Of a stretch of DNA of 64,000 bases, positions 23,141 to 34,200 are shown one piece after another (within the stretch, counting starts at the first letter, position 1; each line of letters starts with the position of its first letter). The position numbers and the translations under genes are program-made. Under the pieces are notes generated by a model that was given only the letters and a program-made list of their open reading frames with translations, was not told the origin of the DNA and ran no database searches. This DNA comes from Diadema antillarum. Lineage: Eukaryota. The stretch covers positions 1,240,001 through 1,304,000 of the forward strand of contig NW_027271104.1 of assembly GCF_040938485.1 (NCBI RefSeq), written 5' to 3'.

Positions 23141-26100
23141 GTGACAGTCATCTTAAAGAATACTGAGGTAAGGAATTACTATTCGTGATCATGAGCACAG
23201 AGGCAATCAGACTTAATGAAAAGAATGGAAATGGTGAGGGATTGAAGAAAAAATGCAGCTTTTTATCAAAATACACTCACTACACACAGCTGTGTATCTC
23301 TCGCCTGCTACCGACTGCCACGAGCACACACACACATTGCGTAGACTCACGCATGCATACGCGCGAAAAAGGACTATGAGCGGGCATGAAACCGAAGTCA
23401 ATCAGCGTCGCTTACTGTGTACTTATATTTAGCACGCACAGTCCAGACATTTTGCTGCCAAAATCAACAGAAACGTTTCTTCTACTTACTACTCTTATAA
23501 TATGACTTGATAGCTGCCCATGGATTTGGTGAATGACTCTCCTCGTCATTCACTTGCATTTTTGTAAAATAGCAAACGAAGCAATGAGCCACAAAGAACG
23601 TTGTATTCATAAGCTCGTATTTTCCTTCATTATAAATGTATTAATCATTTCAAACTGCTGTGCTTTTTTGTTACTATATAGAAGGAAAAAGTTTCAAACA
23701 ACAAAAATATCACATAGACGTATACGGTAACGATGAAATGAGACAAGGAAAACGTTATAGTACAAGGGTCCCTTAAAGTTAAATTCTAAGTAATATTTTA
23801 AAAGATAAAGATGAATTACACGTGACCCTGAAATGAGTCACAAAAATGAAACAAACGATAAGGTCTTACAGATGTAGAGTTCTAAGAAAAAGACTTTGAA
23901 CGAGAATGAGATAATAGGAAAGAGAGTTAGGATAGTGGTAACAACTCTGGAAATATTCTTAAAATCGGCGAACCACTACGTAGTATCCCGTGACGTTATC
24001 TCGGGAAAGAGTTTTAAGACAATAAACAAGTGTCACGCTTCCATGGCGTGCACTGTACATAGGCCTAATTGTTCGCTTGCTTGTCGACTGACTTCAAAAT
24101 TCGTGGTTTTCGGGGGGGGGGTTGCGATAGTATGAACAGTTGTCTATCTAGCAACACAGTAACGATAGAAGGGGTGACTTTTACACGGATTCTGACATTG
24201 GAGAACTGTCAGACAGAGAGGGTCAGACATAAAAGGAATCACCATCAAGAGAATGGGACATCCCGCCACATTATTTTGAGCCAAAAGCTGATGCAGCTGC
24301 CTAAGACGAAAAAGATGCTGGTTCTGTCTCTGTGACTCGGAAAGAAGGATTGCCGACAGAAATCGATTTCGTTTATCGTAGAAAAAAAAATAAGGAAAAC
24401 TAATTCTTGAAATGTCTCGATTTGATATATTTTGTTTATGTTGACGTTTATAGCGTGAGAGCTTAAACATGGTCAAGCGGACTTTGAGTTTGTTTTGGGT
24501 ATAGTATTGCCAATTTGGTCTTAAAAGGATGTAAAACTTAAAGTGCTGTCAGTATAAACCCGAGTAGGTATAACAAAAAAAGTTTGCGTAGAAGATATCG
24601 TGTAATGATGAAGGAAACAACATCTGATGGGCATTTTTTCTCTGAATTCCGCGTACTAAATCCACAATGAAACCTTTATTTCTTTGTGGTCAGATGAGAG
24701 CAATACAGAGCCGGTATGAATCACGTCATTTGGGCTCCTTCAGACGAGCTCCGGACTGCTTCAAACAGCACAAACAAGCTTGTCTCTGGATGTCCATGCA
24801 AGCCGTTCACATACATGTACGTTCATCTAAAAGGAAGCACCATGAAAAAGTACAAGGTCTTTGTTAGTTTTTGCTTCAGCCAGCAACAACACAGCGCGCC
24901 GGTATTTTACAGAGAAAGATAAAGACATCCAGTCTGCTAAACTGATCAAAGAACGAACGAACAAAAGAATCTTAGTTTGAAATGTTCTGTAACTATGCAA
25001 TTACACTGTTTTTAAGATTGCATATTATTTTTTTGTTGTTGGAAATGGGGAAAAAAGAATAAAAGGAAGGAATCACACACAGCGAGTACGAATCTGTCAA
25101 CTGCATGGAGATGAAATGACACCGTGTACTTTCAATCAGGCGTTTTGAGGTTTTCAGCAGATGCCATGGAAGGCATCGCGTACATCAAAAGAAACTTGAC
25201 AAAACTACTACTTAAAGGAAATCCTCTTGACAATTTTGAAAGTCTTACTTAAACCCTGCTCTGGCAAGATGTGAAAAAGAGAAATCGAAGTCATTCGAAC
25301 TGACATCAGTCATTCATTATCAATCTTCAATTGATCATTAATTGTCGTTGTGTATCAGTGTGAGTTCTTATAGTCGTGAGGTGTCATCCGAATTTTTTGG
25401 ACTAGTGATGTCCTACAAAGCTGTATTGCTCAAAACTGAATGTTCTTTCTAGGTGACATTGCCATACGTTTTAAGTCACGCCCACAATGCAGCTTTTTTT
25501 TTTCCGAGACGGTGCTTAGCAGCGTAAAATACATAGTAGACCCGACTAGTTAATGGTTGGTGTTTGTCTTTATCCTCACTTCCTCCTGCTTTAAACCTGA
25601 TATTTCCGTGAATAAGTTTGGACTATATAAATATATGCTCATTTGAATGTTCTAATTATTATGTCAATTCAATTGGACTTTTAAGCTTGTGTGGACGTTC
25701 AAGTTTCGTGTTGTATCTATTCCACCAAAAGGAGAACTGGTTGCTGCGATCGACAACAGTATCATATTATGGATTTCACAAAAGTGTCATGGGGATTTAC
25801 TACATTCGTTGAGTTTTGCTTTGAATTCAGACCTATAGTTACAGCAGTAACAATATATCATATCCTGCATTCAACTCCTAAACGCCACATAAAACAAAAA
25901 AAAAGATAATGTAGACGGGGAAAAAGAGGTATAGTCTAGGGAAAGGTACAAGTAACATAGACGGCTTCGCGCAAGATTCTGTCGACATTTTGAAAAGCAT
26001 GACATCTCACTAGAGCGTATAAGATTATTGATTTTCCACTTTATACAATAAATGTTCTGGGGGCGGGCTTTCGGGGAATGAGTACAATGAAGTGTAACAA

Positions 26101-27375
26101 TCCGCTGGCGTTCTGACGTGATTGGGCATGTCTGTGCGTTATAAAGTGCCCAGCGCAGATTGGTCGCTTCTGAATGCTTTTACTTTGCTTCTTTCATTGT
26201 CTGTAGACGGGAGAGGCTTAAAACCTTGCCATAGGTCTCAGACGACGGGATTAGTGCGTTGAGTCTGGCTTCAAGAAAGTGCGCTTTCATTTCAAAGAAT
26301 ATAATCATCTGCCCTGGTAAACACACAACATGGTGAAAAAGCACCCATAGCAAAAAACCTACGACCTACAAGGATTTAGCTCACTGCGCCTCTATCAGGT
26401 GTCTGTCACGTGACACTATTGTGATAGTGAGCTTTCCATCTCCATACACAAACCACGCATTGTGAGTTAGCACTGCAACTCACGAGGCGTGAGGTGATGC
26501 AAATTATCACATTTATGTGAGGGGCGGCAGGTAACAGAAATGAAAAGAAGAAGCGTTAATAGCATTAACAGCTCCTGAAATCCCCACCAAGCACCATCAC
26601 GCACTATGCAGACAAGATCATATTTCAAAGATGACAAATTAATGATGCCTGTCTCTTGCTCGCATTGGCCTCTACTGGCGCCATCTCTCTGACAGTTAAG
26701 TTCCGTACAGTTCAGTCTGTTCACTTCATAAAACAATCATATAAAAGGAACATGGGTCAATCACTATTATCCATGTGAAAAATACGATATAGAGAAATAG
26801 GAGACTAAAGGAAAGTCTTGTAAAGACATTAGTCCACGCATAATGTTACATGGTTGTTTATTGTTACAATGATTAAAGTTCCAGGTTTATACAAATACAA
26901 ATAATACAAGTCATTGCAACCCCCGACCATTCAAAAAAATCACCATTCGGCACAAATTTATATACTGTGTTTATGCTAGAATCTTGAAAAGGGCAAAATG
27001 TAAGGCAACAAGAGCAAAGAGAGAATTCATACGATGTTTTGGGTAATGCAAGCACTTCGAATGAATTCGAGGAAATTTCGTCGAAGGTTTTACAGACGTC
27101 ATAAAGTGGACCAATCGCAGCAGACAGCAGCAGACGACGAGTCACAGCTAAAACACAAGTCATAAGTGCATTCATTGCTATACTGAAGAAGAGGTTGAAT
27201 TACACATGTACTTCGAATTACGCTAATTGTGATATTTTTCGAAAGAAAAGGTGGCACAAAACGCAATTTTCCAGTGCCCAGCTTAGAAAGCATTACTGGA
27301 AAGGCATATACACAATATTTTAGCATGCAAGGGCCATCGCACTTTTGGAGTTTGAAAAGCCCGTGTAGAGCCCCG

Positions 27376-27525
27376 CACAAATGTCAAAATTACCACAAAT
27401 TTCATAACACGTCAACCACATAATGGCAAAATTACCACAAATGTCATAACATGTCGACCACAAATGTCAAAATTTCCATTTTTACTGCAAATGTCATAAC
27501 GCGTCAACCACAAATGTCAAAACTC
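27376..27525. repeat. Minisatellite, ~41-42 bp unit built of 18+23 bp CACAAATGTCA-based subunits
   Basis: About 3.5 units visible, with related sequence at 27660-27720. Confidence 0.7.
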
Positions 27526-28066
27526 ATTGCTTGCATTATAATAATGAAAAAATAGCGAATCAGATTTTAATTAAGTTGATCAACGTTTGTTTGTTTGTTT
27601 GTCCGTCTGTCTGTCTGTTTATTGGGATGAAACTTTGTGTTTATATGAAGTTTGATCCCAGAATTACCCGCAAATGTCACAACGCGTCAGAATTACCCGC
27701 AGTTGGCCCGCATCTGACAATACCTAGCACGTATCTCGCCCGTAGTTCCCCGGAAGTGCGCACGCAAGTCCGATTTACCCGCATTCAAGTTTTGAGCATG
27801 ACCAAAACTTTTTCCACGTGAGTCGCGGTAATTGCCTGCAGAGGTCCAGAGGTCAATGTCGAATTAAAACAAACAATGACATAATACCACTGACAAACCG
27901 AATACAACTAACAGAGAGCTGATATGTTTTATCATATCATAATGAAAAATAAAGTTTGAAAATCCAACTTTATATTCTGTTGAAATCACGGCTGTGCGGC
28001 TCCATCCATCCACTACCTCTCGTCTTGTTATAGTCTTCTTCTATCTTTTTTTTTGGTTTTTTATCT

Positions 28067-28241
28067 NNNNNNNNNNNNNNNNNNNNNNNNNNNNNNNNNN
28101 NNNNNNNNNNNNNNNNNNNNNNNNNNNNNNNNNNNNNNNNNNNNNNNNNNNNNNNNNNNNNNNNNNNNNNNNNNNNNNNNNNNNNNNNNNNNNNNNNNNN
28201 NNNNNNNNNNNNNNNNNNNNNNNNNNNNNNNNNNNNNNNNN
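28067..28241. other. Assembly gap (175 N)
   Basis: Run of n. Confidence 1.
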
Positions 28242-28584
28242 CAGCGACTTAGTGTAGGGATTTGTTCAGGTTTTTTGTTTCGGATTAGTTAGGTTAGTTA
28301 TAGGTCTTTTTGTCTTAGTTTCTTTGTTTCATCCACTTTTTATGTATATCTGTCAATCAATCAAACAATTTCTTGTATTACGTGTGGGGGGAATGCACCC
28401 TACAAACCCAGCTTTTTAGCATTAGTCCCCACTTCCAACATTTCCGTATACTTACATTTTTTGTAAACTTATCTTTTATTTTGTATTATGATGAAATCTG
28501 TGTATTCAATTCCTGTAATATATTTATATGTTTCTGTTGGAAATTAACAAAATAAATAAATAAATGAATGAATGAAAATGAATG
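28242..28584 (+). mobile_element. 5'-truncated LINE 3' UTR/tail, family X copy 2
   Basis: Same blocks as 14453-14766, ending (AATA)n(TGAA)n. Starts at the gap edge. Confidence 0.6.
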
Positions 28585-28723
28585 ACGAAATTGTAGAAAT
28601 AGATACACAGTAAAAGCGAGACGCAAAGGTCATGAGCCTTTAATGTACAGTGCACAACAAAAGGAAAGTTGGATACAGGGGCCTACTGACGTAATATTTT
28701 TCTCTCTATACCATCGTAGGAAG

Positions 28724-28820
28724 TGACTCAGTGAAGAATTCCGCAGACACTTGGTCTTCAGATCCCGGGTTCGAGATCTCTGGCGGCAGTTGTTGTGTTC
28801 TCAGGCGAGGCATTTAATCC
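28724..28820 (+). mobile_element. Possible tRNA-derived SINE head remnant
   Basis: TGACTCAGTG ... GGTTCGAGATC ... GGCGAGGCATTTAATCC pattern, degenerate. Confidence 0.3.
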
Positions 28821-29944
28821 CTATTTCATTCATTTACTTATTCATTCATTCACTCATTCATTCATTTTTTTTCTATCTCTGACAGAAACAAACAAATATA
28901 TTGAATCAAGTCAGACAAGTGATATGCTTATCAATCATTGAAATAATACTCAGTAGGCATCTCCCACAAGAATAACTTAAAGATAAAGATCAGTCAGATT
29001 TGTACTATAGGATTTCAAAATAGGGAATAATTGCGTTACAATTCAGTTCACTTGAATTCAATTTAAATTTATTTCCGTTTTTCCACAATAGCATAAGATT
29101 TGTACATCTCACTTTCTTTAGTTACAAAAATCATGGAAACAAAATAATATGGATTGAACAGAGTAAATAACAATGATTGTATACTTACAGCAAACATACA
29201 TTGTAATGAGACTAAAGTAGTATGAAATAAAGTGAAATATCAATATGCACTGTGCAAAAAACGGAGAAACGCACTGAAAGGACAATGCTTGTAGAGTGTG
29301 GGCCCCTCATGACAAAAACAACAAAAAAATCATTGAAAAATATAGGTAAAAACCGGAATGCAAAGCAACAACAATTTTGGAGAAAACAAAAACAAATCTC
29401 GGATATTTCAAGATTTCACTTTTTTTTTTAAATTAGGAAAATTGTGAATGATATTTGGTTGTTGAATTTGTCTAATTAATTCTAAAATTACTAAGTTCCA
29501 AAAATAAGATAAAGAAATTCTGTTAATTGAGCAATCTTTGTGCCATTGCTCCAAACATGACCTACATTGTCCTATGTCATTGAAGTTTGAGTTGACAGAA
29601 AATTCTCATTTCCCCTTTTAGTTTCCAACTTTGCTTTTGTTTGAGGTTATAAAGAGATAAAGAGAACGTAAAACATACATTTCCTATTTTATTCATGTCT
29701 CTCATTGTGTTAAACTGGTCTTTTGTTGTCTGTCACTATTATCTTAAAGGACATTTGCAAATGTTTAATTTAGTGCCTTGGAGGGTAAAAAACCGGTGTG
29801 TTTTCTCATGCGTAACTTTCCCCTTGTATTATGTTCCTAGCTTGATAGCCAACATTAACTTTAATATGGTACATAACGCATTTATTTTCACCCATTTTTT
29901 GTTAGAAAATATGAACTCAAAAAAAGAATTTACTTTTTTTTCTG

Positions 29945-29975
<31 letters not shown>

Positions 29976-31195
29976 TATGTAGTTATTTTTTTTCAACTTG
30001 AGGGTTGAAAGGGTATGGTGTTGAAAAACAACAACAAAACCATTTCCTTTAGGAAACTTCTTAGGAAGTCTCACCATACTTCGAGGGAGCTGAATCTGCA
30101 TGTGGTTGATGCAAAATTTACGTCCTTGAGGGTTTTGAGATTTTCAAGATTTTTGGTGGTCATTTTGGCGGAGATCTTGAATATAAGTTCTTAAGACCCT
30201 TTAAAGGATGTTATCTATTTATTTTTTCTTATCTTGATTTTCTATTCAAATCGTTAGCCGCATGTATCTTTGTTTAATTTACTGTTGTGCCACTTTGTAA
30301 GTCAGGTTTTAAACTGAAAGGGCTACCCTGTGAAAATAAAAGGGAATGAACAAATAAAAAAATAAATAGATGCAAGAGTAGCATCATCCATGTTCGGATT
30401 CAGCAACCTCGAAAAAAAAGAATTATTAATTCATTTTTAATCTATATATATTCAATTTACTCTCAAGGATGAAAGAGTTGCCTCACACAAACTCGGAGTG
30501 ATCACCTTCGAAATAAGCTAAAACCATCATTTTTTTTCCAATTCTCAATATTATAAGGAAATGCATGGGAATTTCCTATTCTTCCGGCCATGTTCAATGT
30601 CTAAAAATCCTCAAAAAGTAAAAAAAAGAAAAAAAAAGAAAATGCACAATCCAGATTCAGATACAGCACCCTAGGAAGAGGGTTGCCTATTAAAACAAAA
30701 CAAAGCAAAGCAAAACAAAAACAAAAACATCGGACGGACGGAAATCAAGGTTCATTCATGGCACCGAGACTAATATGATTATTTTCTATAACTCATCCCT
30801 TTATAATTCTGCTTTTGGGTGGTGTACGGAAAAGTGACTACTACTCTGTAATCTGGGACTAACAGGAGATTTAGGGACACGATTTGGTTCCCTCGTTAAC
30901 AGTATATGCTACAATTCAGAAGCGTCCTAATCGCTGTAATCTTCGCCTCCTTACAAAAAAAAAAACAAAAACAAAAAACTTTTATGACAGTCAAATTCAA
31001 TGACTTCAAGGACCTATTATACCGCTTAACGAATCTTCTTAACTAGGAATTTACCGCAGACAAAACTCTCGGGCACACAAAGGAGGGTGTTTTGTGATTC
31101 GGGTCTCGGGGGGCTTCATCCTCCTGAGCTGCAGAATGAAAGGGGCTGGTGTTTACCAAAATCCAAGAGTAAGTCGAGAGCCATGGGTGTGGTGG

Positions 31196-31203
31196 TATAA
31201 ATA
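31196..31203 (+). promoter_or_regulatory. TATA box of paralog C
   Basis: TATAAATA about 60 nt upstream of the ATG at 31263. Confidence 0.6.
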
Positions 31204-31262
31204 CAAGCAACCCCCTCTCAGTCCTCTTATTGTCCTTGAGCGCTCCTCCGCACTCAAACAGA

Positions 31263-34200
31263 ATGTATGCCCTCCTAGCCAGTATCCTCTTTTTGTCGTC
31301 CCTGGTCTCGGCCCAGGACAACTCGGGCGACCTACCGCCCAGCATCATCGAGGCGCTCGCCAATCACCAGGACAACCCCGAGCTCCTGGCGCTCCTGCTC
31401 CAAAATGGCCGCTACCGTGACACTCGCGAAAAGCCCAACATTGTTCTGCTCGTCGCCGACGACATGGGCGTCGGTGACCTGTCGGTTTACGGTCATCCGA
31501 CTCAGGAGCCCGGCTACATCGACCAGTTTGCAGGGGAGAGCATGAGGTTTACCAATGCATATGTCGGGGACTCCGTTTGCACACCAAGCCGATCTGCTTT
31601 CATGACAGGTAGGAAGAAAAAAATTGCTTTATGACAAGATCAGGAGAATACAGGAAAAAAATCATATAATAATTGGTGGATAAAGAATGGCAGAGAGATA
31701 AGTAGACAAACTTATAGATAGAGGGTTAATAGATAATTATGGAAACACAGATGAAGATATAGGTAGATTAAAAGATAGACAGGATGGTTTTATACTTCGA
31801 CAGATACAGTAAGATACACTAAGATATCAGAAAGCTAATGAATAAACCGTTTTCGTAATGTATTCAAGTTTATCGGACAGGTAAATGGGACAAACGTAAT
31901 GTGCTTCATTCCAGGGAACAAAGTGACGAGCAAGGCTAATCCATAAACCTGCTCTTCTTCAATGAAATTCAATTTGTGGGATCCAGTCTTCATATATTAC
32001 TCGTGGCTATGTCGGTCAAGCCTCGAACTAGGATTTCAGGTTGTCATTAGGCGTTTTCACATCAGCCAGATAAAAATCCAAGCTCGAGATATTTTTTAAC
32101 TTCCCAAGTCAGAAAATAGCGCGCTATTTCGAAACATCGGGCTGATGTGAAAACGCCTAATAACAACCTTTGTTTGAAAGGTATGCGTAAAAATTTGGTT
32201 ACGAAAACCGCCCCGAGTATCACGATGATTACGATGACAGGAAGGGAAAGAAACTCGCGCAATAATAGTAACTTCGTTTAAGGGTTTTTTTTTTTAAGTT
32301 ACAGACATTCTAATCCGATATGAGACGAAGACACATGTCATCATTGTAGCATTTTTCTGCAACGAATGGATATTAAGTTAGACAATGAATCGTGTACATA
32401 AGGTGACATCGGGTGCAGTATTTTTTTGAGGGGGGGGGGGGCGGCAAAAGTTTTCGGCGCTTTCAGATTTTACGCAAGAAAGTGCCGAATGCGGAACTAA
32501 AAACGACTAAACTCGTCACTGTCAGTGAAGCGTAATGAGCAACAAAGAGTGTCCATGACGCCCTTTCAACCGTCCATCCTCTCCCTCTTTCGGCTTTCTA
32601 TCTCGCTATCTCTCTCTCTCTCTCTCTTTATCTATTTGCTTTTCTTTTACTTACTTACTTACTTTCTTTCTTTCTTTCTTTCTTATCTTTAAGCCATTTA
32701 TCTACTTATGAAAGATCTCTCTCTCCAGGAGAGGTATGGCAAAGTTTCTATCTCTCCTTGTGTGTCTACTTTTCTTGTCGATTAATCTACATTTCTCTCC
32801 TTCTCTCAGAAACTTTCAATCTCTTTCTCTTCACTAAGTTATCTATGTTATTATCTTTGTTAATCATATATTACCGCTTTCCCTACCTCCCATTTGCCCT
32901 TAATTTGGGATACTCCATGCCACCTGCCCCCAAGGTGATCGACTATCTTAGCTGATTTCTCTTGTCGTCTGAACACTACCCGCCAAATTCGTTATGTGCA
33001 CATACTATCAAGTTGTTCTTGACTTTCTTTTAGCTGAAATAGGTCAAAATGTTTGTAGAAAACTCATCATCCCAGTATTGCTCTATTTAGATGCTATTTT
33101 GGAAATGAACACACTTATGGTAAGCTCCTGAATAAAATTTGAATGTTTGTAAATAAAGTTAAAGATGTCTGACAAGCAGTAAGCAACCAAGTTACAATAA
33201 TGTGGTTTTTTTTTCCCGTAAAATCTGACGATCAATACTTCGTAAAGTATTATAGGTAACCTCGGTCCTGGTTCTCCTCGTACTACCCCTTGGCTATCCG
33301 TCATGAGTCTGTGTCGTTACACAAATTATGTCTGGGTAAGATTGTAATGGCGAATATGGCATTGATAACTTTTTATAGTTTGCCGAAAGACGCCAAGAGA
33401 AACCGTGCTCGCCTCTGTAATCCTTCACTAGTCAGGGTTGTTGTTGTTGTTATTAGATTTTTCTGGCGTACAATTCGTGTACCGAATATTGACGCCATCT
33501 ACGTGCGGGTCTCTGTATTTTTTTGGCTTTCGTTGTTGTTACCGTACTTTTCGTGAGGGGTCCCAGGTCCGGCGTCAGTGAAACCTTCCTCTCACTAGTC
33601 AGGGTTCTTCCCTTGTCATTTAAAGTTATCGGCTTATCAGACCGAACCTCTGTTCCGCTTAAAGTCCTTTGGATGCGGTTCTCTTGGGAGAACGCACCAA
33701 TCGATAACGAGCTTGCGCGCATGCGCTTTGCATTGGCCATCATACCAGATAAGAGCTTTCTCTGAAGACTGGCTGATGGCGTTGCGCATGCTCCCGAAAC
33801 CATACAAAAGTTTGGCCATTCAAGACTTGATTGAAACACGAACAGTGGGTTGAGTGGAGATCTGTTTTCAGGTTCTGTCTTGAATCAGTTTGCAACAGCA
33901 ATCGAGTCTTCAAAATGACACTTTTCGTCTTCGTTGCCTGGTCCTCTGGAGGAGGCTCAAAGCATTTGATAGCTCGCCCATAGCTATCATCATATTAGAA
34001 CATATTGCTTCCTCATTGGCCATGTTAAATGAATCCAAATGCACAAACACACAATAAACCCGACTGCATTTTTTATAACAAAAGCTTTCTCCGAGTAGAC
34101 CTGTTTAACTTGAATTCTCTGGTGGTATTTCTGCACATTCTTAATCGTGCATTGTTTCTATCAGCTTACGCTGAAAATTATTTAGACCCATAAAAATGGC

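Noticed and set aside
27376-27525. CRISPR-like array (also the repeats at 62320-62570)
   Set aside because: No unique spacers, no cas genes, eukaryotic context.
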